A stretch of 32,000 bases of DNA from Corynebacterium glutamicum ATCC 13032 (lineage in GTDB: Bacteria; Actinomycetota; Actinomycetes; Mycobacteriales; Mycobacteriaceae): the NCBI RefSeq assembly GCF_000011325.1, contig NC_003450.3, forward strand, positions 1,350,001-1,382,000, written 5' to 3'. Position 1 is the stretch's first letter. Each line of letters starts with the position of its first letter. Made by a program: the position numbers and the translations under genes. Under the pieces are notes generated by a model that saw nothing but the letters and a program-made list of their open reading frames with translations, searched no databases and was not told the DNA's origin. Below, piece after piece: positions 1 to 9,721 of this stretch.

Positions 1-79
1 CGAGGATTTCCCGACCTTCACTCCGCAACAAACCTATGAAGAGGTCGATCCGCGACCATGGTTTGTGTCGTATCAGTAG
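1..79 (+). CDS. 3' end of an unidentified CDS that enters from the window edge (partial)
   Basis: Open frame from nt 2 reads EDFPTFTPQQTYEEVDPRPWFVSYQ, then TAG at 77-79. No family recognised. Confidence 0.3.
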   Translation, partial: EDFPTFTPQQTYEEVDPRPWFVSYQ

Positions 80-854
80 TTTCGGGGAGCTTCGGGCTCG
101 CTTGTTGGCAATGTGAGCGGTGAGTTAGCTTTCGACCAAACCACACTGCCCACGAATCCTAGAAATGGGATCCGTGGGCATTCGTGTCTGGTTTAACGGC
201 CTTGAAACCGGACAGGATTGCCCAAAGTAGTCGAATTTCCAGTTCGTGGGCATGTGTGTTTGGTCAGGTTTAGTCGGGTCGAAAAATGAACTCGGAATCG
301 GTAAAAAGTGACCTCACAGAATCGCTTCTAAGGGCCGTTCAAAGTGTTGCCTATACAAACACATGTTCTGACTGCCCGACCTCTTAAAATGGCGTTAAAT
401 GGCGCGAAATGGAAAACGCCTCGTGGCCTGGATGGAGCGTTAGTACGAGACCAGTACGAGACCAGACACACGTGACAAAAAATCCTGAAAAGTGGAATCA
501 TTGTCACGCCTGTCTGGTTTAGCTCTGGTTCGGGACGGGCGTGGAATGGAGGCAGTGCACCGAGACCTTGACCCGCGGCCCGACAAGCCAAAAGTCCCCA
601 AAACAAACCCACCCCGCCGGAGACGTGAATAAAATTCGCAGCTCATTCCATCAGCGTAAACGCAGCTTTTTGCATGGTGAGACACCTTTGGGGGTAAATC
701 TCACAGCATGAATCTCTGGGTTAGATGACTTTCTGGGTGGGGGAGGGTTTAGAATGTTTCTAGTCGCACGCCAAAACCCGGCGTGGACACGTCTGCAGCC
801 GACGCGGTCGTGCCTGTTGTAGACGGACATTCCTAGTTTTTCCAGGAGTAACTT

Positions 855-2447
855 GTGAGCCAGAATGGCCGTCCGGTAGTCCTCATCGCCGATAAGCTTG
901 CGCAGTCCACTGTTGACGCGCTTGGAGATGCAGTAGAAGTCCGTTGGGTTGACGGACCTAACCGCCCAGAACTGCTTGATGCAGTTAAGGAAGCGGACGC
1001 ACTGCTCGTGCGTTCTGCTACCACTGTCGATGCTGAAGTCATCGCCGCTGCCCCTAACTTGAAGATCGTCGGTCGTGCCGGCGTGGGCTTGGACAACGTT
1101 GACATCCCTGCTGCCACTGAAGCTGGCGTCATGGTTGCTAACGCACCGACCTCTAATATTCACTCCGCTTGTGAGCACGCAATTTCTTTGCTGCTGTCTA
1201 CTGCTCGCCAGATCCCTGCTGCTGATGCGACGCTGCGTGAGGGCGAGTGGAAGCGGTCTTCTTTCAACGGTGTGGAAATTTTCGGAAAAACTGTCGGTAT
1301 CGTCGGTTTTGGCCACATTGGTCAGTTGTTTGCTCAGCGTCTTGCTGCGTTTGAGACCACCATTGTTGCTTACGATCCTTACGCTAACCCTGCTCGTGCG
1401 GCTCAGCTGAACGTTGAGTTGGTTGAGTTGGATGAGCTGATGAGCCGTTCTGACTTTGTCACCATTCACCTTCCTAAGACCAAGGAAACTGCTGGCATGT
1501 TTGATGCGCAGCTCCTTGCTAAGTCCAAGAAGGGCCAGATCATCATCAACGCTGCTCGTGGTGGCCTTGTTGATGAGCAGGCTTTGGCTGATGCGATTGA
1601 GTCCGGTCACATTCGTGGCGCTGGTTTCGATGTGTACTCCACCGAGCCTTGCACTGATTCTCCTTTGTTCAAGTTGCCTCAGGTTGTTGTGACTCCTCAC
1701 TTGGGTGCTTCTACTGAAGAGGCTCAGGATCGTGCGGGTACTGACGTTGCTGATTCTGTGCTCAAGGCGCTGGCTGGCGAGTTCGTGGCGGATGCTGTGA
1801 ACGTTTCCGGTGGTCGCGTGGGCGAAGAGGTTGCTGTGTGGATGGATCTGGCTCGCAAGCTTGGTCTTCTTGCTGGCAAGCTTGTCGACGCCGCCCCAGT
1901 CTCCATTGAGGTTGAGGCTCGAGGCGAGCTTTCTTCCGAGCAGGTCGATGCACTTGGTTTGTCCGCTGTTCGTGGTTTGTTCTCCGGAATTATCGAAGAG
2001 TCCGTTACTTTCGTCAACGCTCCTCGCATTGCTGAAGAGCGTGGCCTGGACATCTCCGTGAAGACCAACTCTGAGTCTGTTACTCACCGTTCCGTCCTGC
2101 AGGTCAAGGTCATTACTGGCAGCGGCGCGAGCGCAACTGTTGTTGGTGCCCTGACTGGTCTTGAGCGCGTTGAGAAGATCACCCGCATCAATGGCCGTGG
2201 CCTGGATCTGCGCGCAGAGGGTCTGAACCTCTTCCTGCAGTACACTGACGCTCCTGGTGCACTGGGTACCGTTGGTACCAAGCTGGGTGCTGCTGGCATC
2301 AACATCGAGGCTGCTGCGTTGACTCAGGCTGAGAAGGGTGACGGCGCTGTCCTGATCCTGCGTGTTGAGTCCGCTGTCTCTGAAGAGCTGGAAGCTGAAA
2401 TCAACGCTGAGTTGGGTGCTACTTCCTTCCAGGTTGATCTTGACTAA
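855..2447 (+). CDS. serA: D-3-phosphoglycerate dehydrogenase, long form with C-terminal ACT domain
   Basis: 530-aa ORF. GTG start is preceded by AGGAG. NAD-binding GxGxxG ([10 protein letters not shown]). 2-hydroxyacid dehydrogenase core, C-terminal ASB/ACT-like region. Matches my recollection of C. glutamicum SerA (530 aa). Confidence 0.95.
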   Translation: MSQNGRPVVLIADKLAQSTVDALGDAVEVRWVDGPNRPELLDAVKEADALLVRSATTVDAEVIAAAPNLKIVGRAGVGLDNVDIPAATEAGVMVANAPTSNIHSACEHAISLLLSTARQIPAADATLREGEWKRSSFNGVEIFGKTVGIVGFGHIGQLFAQRLAAFETTIVAYDPYANPARAAQLNVELVELDELMSRSDFVTIHLPKTKETAGMFDAQLLAKSKKGQIIINAARGGLVDEQALADAIESGHIRGAGFDVYSTEPCTDSPLFKLPQVVVTPHLGASTEEAQDRAGTDVADSVLKALAGEFVADAVNVSGGRVGEEVAVWMDLARKLGLLAGKLVDAAPVSIEVEARGELSSEQVDALGLSAVRGLFSGIIEESVTFVNAPRIAEERGLDISVKTNSESVTHRSVLQVKVITGSGASATVVGALTGLERVEKITRINGRGLDLRAEGLNLFLQYTDAPGALGTVGTKLGAAGINIEAAALTQAEKGDGAVLILRVESAVSEELEAEINAELGATSFQVDLD

Positions 2448-2465
2448 TTAGAGATCCATTTGCTT

Positions 2466-2522
2466 GAACCGCCTTCCCATCTTTGAATTCATTCAAGGTG
2501 GTAAGGCGGTTTTCGCTCTTTT
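2466..2522 (+). terminator. Probable intrinsic terminator after serA
   Basis: AACCGCCTT...AAGGCGGTT inverted repeat followed by TTTCGCTCTTTT. Confidence 0.5.
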
Positions 2523-2584
2523 AATACAGTTTTAAAGGTAGATTTGGGAGAGAAGATTTCCCTTAAGAAAGGTTCTTAACAACC

Positions 2585-3454
2585 ATGCCGCCTGCGACGC
2601 TGTTCAATGTTTTGACTTCAGCTGGACTTGACCCTCACCAGTCAGGTGATGCCATTGTTGTCGAGTCTGCCCATTTCACATTGACGTTCACGTGGGATGA
2701 GTGGCTGCGAGCTCAAGCGACGTGGGTGGGGGAGTTGAGTGCGTCGGATTATGTGCGTTCTATTGTGGCGATTAACTCTGCCCATGATGCACGGGCAACG
2801 CCGAAGATGATGTTGGATGCCCCGACTGGTCTGACAACGGTGCTTAAGGCGGATAAGGGTCAGTTGCAGGCGTTTGCCGTGGAGGCGCTGCCGATTGGCG
2901 ATGGCCTCAGCGAGGCTCAGTTGGCGGGGTTTGTGGCTGCCGCGTTTGATGGCGCCATCGACCTCACTCGTGAGTTTCATGCACTTTACCCGGAGCGCTC
3001 GCCGCAGGAGCGCGGCGCAATGCTCAACATTAAGCTTGTCGACGCCTCCCCCTCTCAAACAGTTACGCCCGTGCGAGTAGCTAACTGGTTCATGGATCAG
3101 GGGGTGGAGGAAGTTCCTTATGATGCAGCTTCTGGGCGCATCAGCTTTGAGCTGGGTGACACCCCAGTGGATGTGATTTTGGATGATCCCGAGTTGTTGA
3201 AGATCCAAGCCGTGGTGGTTGCTGACCGCGATGTGGAAGCCACTGAAGTTTTACATTTGTGTAATCGAGCGAACCTGGATTCTGATCACTCCACCATTTT
3301 TATGCGTTCGGATGGGGATGATGTGGATTTCGTCGCCACGGTTGCGGTGCCGATTCGTGCTGGTCTGAACGATTTCCAGTTGAGTCAAGCCCTGCATGAT
3401 GGGGTAGTGGGGGTTGTTGGGCAGGTACGAGCTGTGATCAATCAGCTACACTAG
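2585..3454 (+). CDS. Hypothetical protein, possibly two YbjN-like (T3SS-chaperone-like) repeats
   Basis: 289-aa ORF with native codon usage. N- and C-terminal halves look like related alpha/beta modules. Family assignment is from memory only. Confidence 0.6.
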   Translation: MPPATLFNVLTSAGLDPHQSGDAIVVESAHFTLTFTWDEWLRAQATWVGELSASDYVRSIVAINSAHDARATPKMMLDAPTGLTTVLKADKGQLQAFAVEALPIGDGLSEAQLAGFVAAAFDGAIDLTREFHALYPERSPQERGAMLNIKLVDASPSQTVTPVRVANWFMDQGVEEVPYDAASGRISFELGDTPVDVILDDPELLKIQAVVVADRDVEATEVLHLCNRANLDSDHSTIFMRSDGDDVDFVATVAVPIRAGLNDFQLSQALHDGVVGVVGQVRAVINQLH

Positions 3455-3461
3455 TGAAGTC

Positions 3462-3473
3462 CATATAGTGAGA
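3462..3473 (+). promoter_or_regulatory. CATATAGTGAGA box upstream of leuB (candidate -10 region and/or LtbR operator half-site)
   Basis: Exact 12-mer also present upstream of leuC at 30398-30409. Contains the -10-like hexamer TATAGT. Lies 16 nt before the leuB ATG. Confidence 0.4.
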
Positions 3474-3488
3474 AGGGAATCCCACAAC

Positions 3489-4511
3489 ATGAAACTTGCT
3501 GTTATTGGTGGAGATGGTATCGGCCCAGAGGTTACTGCAGAAGCCCTCAAGGTTCTAAACGCTGTCCGCGACGACATCGAGACCACCGATTATGACCTTG
3601 GCGCACGCCGTTACCTCAAAAATGGCGAGCTGCTCACCGACGAGGATCTGGCATCCCTGCGCGAGCATGACGCGATCCTTCTTGGCGCTATCGGTGCACC
3701 AGGTTCCGTCCCTCCAGGAATTCTCGAGCGTGGTTTGCTGCTGAAGATGCGATTCGCACTGGATCACCACGTGAACCTGCGCCCATCCAAGCTGTACGAC
3801 GGCGTGGAGTCCCCACTGCGTAACCCAGGCAAGATTGATTTCGTTGTGGTCCGCGAAGGTACCGAAGGCGCCTACACTGGCAACGGTGGAGCAATCCGCG
3901 TGGGAACCCCTCACGAGATTGCCAATGAAACCTCCGTGAACACTCGCTACGGCGCTGAGCGCGTTATTCGCTACGCATTCGAGCTGGCACAGAGCCGCCG
4001 CAAGAAGCTCACCCTCGTGCACAAGACCAACGTCCTGGTTCACGGTGGTGGCCTGTGGCAGCGCACCGTAGATGAGGTTGCAAAGGAATACCCAGAGGTA
4101 GCCGTCGATTACAACCACATCGATGCAGCAACCATCTATCTGGTCACTGATCCTTCCCGCTTCGATGTGATTGTTACCGATAACCTCTTCGGCGACATCC
4201 TCACCGATGAGGCAGGCGCAGTCTCTGGCGGAATTGGCCTCGCAGCATCCGGCAACATCGATGCCACGGGCACCAACCCTTCCATGTTCGAGCCAGTCCA
4301 CGGCTCTGCACCAGATATCGCAGGCCAGGGAATCGCAGACCCAACGGCAGCAATCCTATCCGCTGCGATGCTGCTGCGTCACTTAGGTGATGAAGACAAC
4401 GCAGTACGTATTGAAACAGCCATCGCAGCTGATGTGGCTGGCCGAGATAACTCTCAGCCGATTTCTACCACTGAGGTGGGAGACCGCATCGTCAAGGCGC
4501 TGCAAAGCTAA
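3489..4511 (+). CDS. leuB: 3-isopropylmalate dehydrogenase
   Basis: The tracked ORF starts at 3468, but the ATG at 3489 ([15 protein letters not shown]) follows GAAGGGA and gives 340 aa. Isocitrate/isopropylmalate dehydrogenase signature [11 protein letters not shown]. Confidence 0.93.
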   Translation: MKLAVIGGDGIGPEVTAEALKVLNAVRDDIETTDYDLGARRYLKNGELLTDEDLASLREHDAILLGAIGAPGSVPPGILERGLLLKMRFALDHHVNLRPSKLYDGVESPLRNPGKIDFVVVREGTEGAYTGNGGAIRVGTPHEIANETSVNTRYGAERVIRYAFELAQSRRKKLTLVHKTNVLVHGGGLWQRTVDEVAKEYPEVAVDYNHIDAATIYLVTDPSRFDVIVTDNLFGDILTDEAGAVSGGIGLAASGNIDATGTNPSMFEPVHGSAPDIAGQGIADPTAAILSAAMLLRHLGDEDNAVRIETAIAADVAGRDNSQPISTTEVGDRIVKALQS

Positions 4512-4523
4512 ATTTCAACGCCG

Positions 4524-4558
4524 ACCCCCTTGCCTTTTATGGCGAGGGGTTTACTTTT
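4524..4558 (+). terminator. Probable terminator after leuB, overlapping the 3' end of the convergent gene
   Basis: ACCCCCTTGCC / GGCGAGGGGT hairpin followed by TTTACTTTTCGG. Confidence 0.4.
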
Positions 4559-5601
4559 CGGTATGGGTTGAATTGGTTGGTGTAAATACTTGCTGGATTG
4601 ATATCGGGGACGTCGTATTGGCGGTCAATCCAGTGGGACCACATGCTGAACTCCCTATCACTGAGCACTCCACCTCGGGTTGCGATGCCCGAATGCTCCC
4701 AATATCTAAAGCTGGATATTCTATCACTCTGACCATGGGCTTCGAGGTAGTTGAAATAAACTTCGCGCACTTCTTCAGGGGAGTGGGATCGTTCAAACTC
4801 GATTGCCTGAGCTACTCCATCCACTAATTCTCCAACCACTGCGGGGTGCTCGTCGATGAGTTTTTGCGACACCACCATGCAGCCAGTGTTGAGTTCCTGC
4901 ACAAGGTCTGAATCCTCTGCCAAGATCCGAAAATCTCCAGTTTCAAGCGCTTGGTGTTTAGCGCTATCGGTGACCCAAATTGCATCAACTTGCCCCTGGT
5001 AGAGGCGTTGTTCTAAGTACTCACCGGGTAATGCACGTTGAGTGACGCTCACGATCTCAGGTTCGGTGAGACCGGCGTCGAATAGATGACGCTCAACCAT
5101 CGCAGATCCCAGAGCACCGAGGGTGTTTATGCCAACTGTTTTGCCAATGAGATCGTGCACTTCGTGTATCTCACTGTCTTTAAGGACTAGAAGTGCAGAA
5201 GAAGAATCGTGGGAAATTCCGTAACTTGCGGCCACTGCTTTGATGGGCGCACCGGTGGCTATCTCTCCTGCAACAAGGCCAATGAAGGGGACTGCCGCGA
5301 AGTCAATGTCATCCTTTTTGAGCGATTCAATGGACTCAACGCCGCCTTGTACAGATCCGACTACTTGGAGCTCAATGTTGTTCAAATACCCAAGCGCAAC
5401 TGCTAATTCCACGAAGTTTAGATTGAAATCAGAGACCTGATACCGCAGCACAGTGGATTCTTTAGTGTAGGAGTCAGGAGGCTCTGGAACGCATGACACT
5501 AACAACGTGATGCCAAAAAGTACGAAAAAAGTACGAATGAAAGTGAAGCTCATCGAACGTTGATGCATGGAAGTTACTTTCGCTAAAGCAATATAACGCA
5601 C
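4537..5601 (-). CDS. Orphan ABC-type sulfonate/nitrate/taurine (NMT1/SsuA-like) substrate-binding lipoprotein
   Basis: 354-aa ORF. Signal peptide with lipobox LLVSC. NMT1/SsuA-like body. Start is uncertain (internal Met at 5568 or 5553). No permease or ATPase gene adjacent. AT-richer than its neighbours in hand counts (about 43-47% G+C). Confidence 0.7.
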   Translation of the reverse strand: MRYIALAKVTSMHQRSMSFTFIRTFFVLFGITLLVSCVPEPPDSYTKESTVLRYQVSDFNLNFVELAVALGYLNNIELQVVGSVQGGVESIESLKKDDIDFAAVPFIGLVAGEIATGAPIKAVAASYGISHDSSSALLVLKDSEIHEVHDLIGKTVGINTLGALGSAMVERHLFDAGLTEPEIVSVTQRALPGEYLEQRLYQGQVDAIWVTDSAKHQALETGDFRILAEDSDLVQELNTGCMVVSQKLIDEHPAVVGELVDGVAQAIEFERSHSPEEVREVYFNYLEAHGQSDRISSFRYWEHSGIATRGGVLSDREFSMWSHWIDRQYDVPDINPASIYTNQFNPYRKVNPSP

Positions 5602-5688
5602 TTTAACATATTTCCCCCCATCTTTTTGTTCTCAAATTTATTTGTACTCGAATGCAGGATTTCGAGACAATGAGGCAGTTTTTCTTTT

Positions 5689-7557
5689 ATGGTTAATCTC
5701 ATGTCGGTCGAACTCGAAGAAATCCGCGATTTCTTAGCAGGATTTGAACCTTTCGCGCAGCTACCAGCCGAGGAACTAGATCAGTTACCTGGAAAAATGA
5801 GCTTGCGCTATTTTCGGCGTGGGGAAGAGATCATCCCAATTGGTGTGCCCAATCATTACATGGGGGTAATCAGATCGGGTGCCATTGATGTTCTTGATCA
5901 GGAGGGCGTACTGCTGGATCGCCGTGACGCGGGGCGCTCGTTTGGCTATTCCACGATGGGGCCAGAACGAAATTCTCGGTACCGTATGGTTGCCGTGGAA
6001 GATTCCTTGGTGTTGCGTCTGGGGCGTGATGATTTTGATGAGTTAGCCAAGCGCAACCCTGATCTGAACCGTTACTACTCCAGCTGGTCGAAGCGTATCC
6101 GCGCCGCTGCTGATCAATTGCGCCAAGAATCTAGTTCGAAGGTGCTGCGCACGAAGTTGGGGGAGTTCAAGATCGCCAACCCGATTTCCTGCAGCCCGGA
6201 CACCACGATCATGGATGCTGCCATCAAGATGGATGAGTTCGGGGTGTCTTCGTTGCTGGTGCAGATCGATGGGGAACTCAAAGGCATCATCACCGATCGC
6301 GATATGCGCAGCAGGGTGGTGGCGAAGGATTTGGATATTCAGCTGCCGGTCTCTGAGGTCATGACGGTGGATCCGCGTTGCGCGACCTCGCAGGGGTTGG
6401 CTTTTGAGGCCATGTTGTTGATGTCGGAGCTGCGCATTCACCACTTGCCGATTGTGGATGATGGCCAAATCTCCGGCATCGTCACTGCAGCTGACATCAT
6501 GCGCTTGCTGCGCCACGATCCGATTTACCTCACTGCGGATCTGTCGCGAAAAAATACCGTGGAGGAATTGGCCAACACCTTCCAGTCGGCAGCGGAGGTG
6601 GCTTCGAGATTTATTGATCGGGGAGCTTCTGCGGAAGAAGTCAGTAGCTTGCTCACCGTGGCTGCGGATTCTTTGGCAAGAAGGCTCCTTGTGCTGGCGG
6701 AGCGGAAATTTGGTGCACCGCCAGTTCCGTATTGCTTTGTGGTGGTGGGCTCGCAGGGCAGGAAAGAAATGGGACTGGCCTCTGATCAAGACAATGCCCT
6801 TGTTCTGGACAATTCCTACAATGACCGCGAGCATGGACAGTATTTTGCAGCGCTGAGTGAATTCGTGTGCCAGGGCCTCGACCGCGCAGGACAGGTGCTG
6901 TGTCCGGGTGACATGATGGCATCCAATCCGGAGTGGCGGAAAACTGCTGACCAGTGGATCTCCACCTTCCATTCCTGGATTACTGCGCCGGAGCCGGATG
7001 CGTTGCTGCATGCCCAGACATTCTTTGATTTCAGGGGAATTTACGGCGACACCGAGATGGCTAAGGATGTCCACCAAAATGCGGTGAATATGGCCAGGGG
7101 TGCGCGTCGCATGCATGCACACTTGGCTAGTCTTGCGGCCCGGCGCGATCCTCCGCTGGGGTTTTTCCGTGGTCTTGTGGTGGAGCGTTCTGGTGAATAC
7201 GGCGCGACGATGGATATTAAGAAGGGTGGCACCGCGGGCATCGTGCAGATGGCGAGGCTGTATGCGCTGGCCACGGGTAGTGATGCGATTGGGACTCGGG
7301 AGCGGTTGATTGCTGCGTCGGGCCATGGTCAGGTGTCGCGTAAGGGTGCGCAGGATTTGTTGGATGCCTTTGATTTCTTAGCGGCGATGGCGTTCCAGCA
7401 CCAGGCGCGGTTGATCAAGGTGGGGGAGAAGCCGAACTATCACATTGATCCCAAGACGTTGGGCAAGATGGATCGGGAGCATTTGCGCGATGCATTTTCC
7501 ATTATTAAAGATATGCAGTCGGCGTTAGCTACTAAATATCCGGTGAGGAACATCTAG
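5689..7557 (+). CDS. Signal-transduction protein: cNMP-binding domain + CBS pair + DUF294 nucleotidyltransferase + DUF294_C
   Basis: 622 aa. N-terminal cNMP-binding-like segment (RSGAIDVLD...FGY). Tandem CBS region. Pol-beta NTase motif GSQGRKEMGLASDQDNALVL. Start could instead be the ATG at 5701. Confidence 0.8.
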   Translation: MVNLMSVELEEIRDFLAGFEPFAQLPAEELDQLPGKMSLRYFRRGEEIIPIGVPNHYMGVIRSGAIDVLDQEGVLLDRRDAGRSFGYSTMGPERNSRYRMVAVEDSLVLRLGRDDFDELAKRNPDLNRYYSSWSKRIRAAADQLRQESSSKVLRTKLGEFKIANPISCSPDTTIMDAAIKMDEFGVSSLLVQIDGELKGIITDRDMRSRVVAKDLDIQLPVSEVMTVDPRCATSQGLAFEAMLLMSELRIHHLPIVDDGQISGIVTAADIMRLLRHDPIYLTADLSRKNTVEELANTFQSAAEVASRFIDRGASAEEVSSLLTVAADSLARRLLVLAERKFGAPPVPYCFVVVGSQGRKEMGLASDQDNALVLDNSYNDREHGQYFAALSEFVCQGLDRAGQVLCPGDMMASNPEWRKTADQWISTFHSWITAPEPDALLHAQTFFDFRGIYGDTEMAKDVHQNAVNMARGARRMHAHLASLAARRDPPLGFFRGLVVERSGEYGATMDIKKGGTAGIVQMARLYALATGSDAIGTRERLIAASGHGQVSRKGAQDLLDAFDFLAAMAFQHQARLIKVGEKPNYHIDPKTLGKMDREHLRDAFSIIKDMQSALATKYPVRNI

Positions 7558-8213
7558 TGTTGGGGCGTCGAAAAGCGAAAATACGGCGCGCAACCGGCGC
7601 GTTGCAGGAGTTTTATTCCGTGCCGCGGCCGGGGGCGTCGACACGCATTGAAGACCTGAAGCTTCTGGCTGTGGACGTGGAAACGACGGGCCTGAAGCCC
7701 CACCGGCATCAAATTGTGTCGATTGGGTGGGTGCCGATTAACGGCGACGTGATTGATCTGAGCGGCGCGGGGTATGTGGTGATTCGCGGCAGCGAGGGGT
7801 TTTCGGTCGGCTCGTCTGCGGTGATTCACCAGCTCACCGACGATGAAATCGCCGCGGGTATCGACATCAAAGAGGCGCTTGGCCAACTACTGCAGGCGCT
7901 CCAGGGACGCGCCATGCTGGCGCATTTTTCACCCATCGAGCGCGATTTTATTTCGGCCGCATGCCTCAAGCATTTCGGAACGCTTCTCGACGTCCCCCTC
8001 GTGGATACTTTTGCCATGGAACGCCGCCACATGGAGAGGATGTCCACCTACCCACGTGGCGAAGACCTCCGGCTTGCACGCATTCGACAACGATATGGTC
8101 TTCCCAATTACTCCAATCACCAGGCATTAACCGACGCTTTGGCGTGCGCCGAGGTGTATTTGGTGCAGATCACGCACCTTCGGGCGAACACCCTCAAAGA
8201 TATTTGGGAATAG
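7557..8213 (+). CDS. dnaQ2: DEDDh 3'-5' exonuclease (DnaQ/epsilon-like)
   Basis: 218 aa. ExoI LAVDVETTGL, ExoII AHFSPIERDFI, ExoIII HQALTDALACAEVY. The GTG start overlaps the upstream TAG by 1 nt (TAGTG). Confidence 0.8.
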   Translation: MLGRRKAKIRRATGALQEFYSVPRPGASTRIEDLKLLAVDVETTGLKPHRHQIVSIGWVPINGDVIDLSGAGYVVIRGSEGFSVGSSAVIHQLTDDEIAAGIDIKEALGQLLQALQGRAMLAHFSPIERDFISAACLKHFGTLLDVPLVDTFAMERRHMERMSTYPRGEDLRLARIRQRYGLPNYSNHQALTDALACAEVYLVQITHLRANTLKDIWE

Positions 8214-8258
8214 GGGTCATCGTGCAGGCCCCCACACCCAACGCGTAACATAACGGTC

Positions 8259-9065
8259 ATGCGTTTTGGACGAATTGCCACCCCAGATGGAATGTGTTTT
8301 TGCTCAATTGAAGGCGAAGGCGATGATGTAGCTAACCTCACCGCCCGTGAGATCGAGGGTACCCCCTTCACTGAACCAAAGTTCACCGGTCGCGAATGGC
8401 CACTTAAAGATGTACGCCTGCTGGCACCAATGCTGCCAAGCAAAGTCGTCGCGATTGGCCGTAACTACGCCGATCACGTTGCTGAGGTGTTTAAGAAGTC
8501 CGCAGAATCACTGCCACCAACCCTGTTCCTGAAGCCACCAACAGCTGTCACCGGACCAGAGTCCCCAATCCGAATCCCTTCCTTTGCCACCAAGGTGGAA
8601 TTCGAAGGTGAGCTCGCAGTAGTTATCGGCAAGCCCTGCAAGAACGTCAAGGCTGATGACTGGAAGTCTGTCGTTTTGGGCTTCACCATCATCAACGACG
8701 TCTCCTCCCGTGACCTCCAGTTCGCTGACGGCCAGTGGGCACGCGCTAAGGGCATTGACACCTTCGGCCCCATCGGACCATGGATTGAAACTGACATCAA
8801 CTCCATCGACTTGGACAACCTGCCCATCAAGGCACGCCTCACCCACGACGGCGAAACCCAATTGAAGCAGGACTCCAACTCCAACCAGATGATCATGAAG
8901 ATGGGCGAAATTATCGAGTTCATCACCGCCTCCATGACCCTGCTCCCAGGCGACGTTATTGCAACCGGTTCTCCAGCAGGCACCGAAGCAATGGTTGACG
9001 GCGACTACATCGAAATCGAAATTCCAGGCATCGGCAAGCTGGGCAACCCAGTTGTGGACGCCTAA
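8259..9065 (+). CDS. odx: Fumarylacetoacetate-hydrolase-family protein. In C. glutamicum the 268-aa homologue is the soluble oxaloacetate decarboxylase.
   Basis: 268 aa. FAH-fold motifs (VVAIGRNYADH, EGELAVVIGK, GDVIATGSPAGT). Symbol comes from recollection of cg1458. Confidence 0.75.
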   Translation: MRFGRIATPDGMCFCSIEGEGDDVANLTAREIEGTPFTEPKFTGREWPLKDVRLLAPMLPSKVVAIGRNYADHVAEVFKKSAESLPPTLFLKPPTAVTGPESPIRIPSFATKVEFEGELAVVIGKPCKNVKADDWKSVVLGFTIINDVSSRDLQFADGQWARAKGIDTFGPIGPWIETDINSIDLDNLPIKARLTHDGETQLKQDSNSNQMIMKMGEIIEFITASMTLLPGDVIATGSPAGTEAMVDGDYIEIEIPGIGKLGNPVVDA

Positions 9066-9066
9066 A

Positions 9067-9672
9067 ATGGATCACCACCATCACGATCATGGGGAGAAGC
9101 GTCCGTACGACCAGGTCACCCCAGAATCCATGGAGAATCAATACACCACCACGGAACAAGTCTGGAGCGGCAACCCCAACCAAGCACTCATCGCCTACTT
9201 GGGTGAAGAGCCAGCTGAAGGCACCGCACTAGACATTGGCTGTGGCGAAGGCGCTGACCTCGTGTGGCTGTCCTCCAAGGGATACGTCACCACCGGCATC
9301 GACTTCGCACCAACTGCAGTGAAGCGCGCGAAACAAAACGCCCCATCAGCCGAAGTCCTCTTGGTATCATTCACCGAATTCGCCATCGAATCCGGTCGCC
9401 AATTCGACCTCGTCAGCTGCTCGTACGGCCAAATCCCAGCCAACGACACCTCCGTCGCGCAACTGGAAAACCTCGTCGCACCCGGCGGAACCCTCCTGTT
9501 CACCCACCACGACTTTGAATCAGAATCCGCAGCAACCCCAAAGTGGCTGTCGGAAAACCTGAGCGAAGCCTTCCGTGTCGAACTAGTGGAATCCTTCGAA
9601 CGTGACATCAAAACCGGCGCTGGCGCACACCACCACGTGGACATTGTGCTCAAGGCAACGAAGGTTGATTAA
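9067..9672 (+). CDS. Class I SAM-dependent methyltransferase with His-rich termini
   Basis: The tracked ORF (8959) overlaps odx. The ATG at 9067, 1 nt after the odx stop, gives 201 aa starting MDHHHHDHGE. SAM motif I ALDIGCGEGADLVWL. Confidence 0.8.
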   Translation: MDHHHHDHGEKRPYDQVTPESMENQYTTTEQVWSGNPNQALIAYLGEEPAEGTALDIGCGEGADLVWLSSKGYVTTGIDFAPTAVKRAKQNAPSAEVLLVSFTEFAIESGRQFDLVSCSYGQIPANDTSVAQLENLVAPGGTLLFTHHDFESESAATPKWLSENLSEAFRVELVESFERDIKTGAGAHHHVDIVLKATKVD

Positions 9673-9692
9673 GGTTTTTAGTGGGTTTTTGA

Positions 9693-9721
9693 GGCCATCC
9701 GGGATTACTCGGGTGGCCTTT
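9693..9721 (+). terminator. Probable terminator after the methyltransferase gene
   Basis: GGCCATCCGGG-ATTA-CTCGGGTGGCC hairpin followed by a short TTT tail. Confidence 0.4.

Noticed and set aside
328-685. 94-aa and 81-aa minus-strand ORFs upstream of serA
   Set aside because: They have no RBS, overlap each other and give low-complexity translations. I treat the region as non-coding and repeat-rich instead.
651-2087. 478-aa ORF on the minus strand
   Set aside because: It is antisense to serA, whose identity is unambiguous. The translation is Ser/Arg/Leu-rich and low-complexity, typical of a shadow ORF in GC-rich DNA.
6043-7326. 427-aa ORF on the minus strand
   Set aside because: It is a shadow ORF antisense to the cNMP/CBS/DUF294 gene. 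It is Arg/His/Gln-rich with no motifs.
8959-9066. Upstream extension of the methyltransferase ORF
   Set aside because: It lies entirely inside the odx coding region in another frame. The ATG at 9067, right after the odx stop, is the sensible start.
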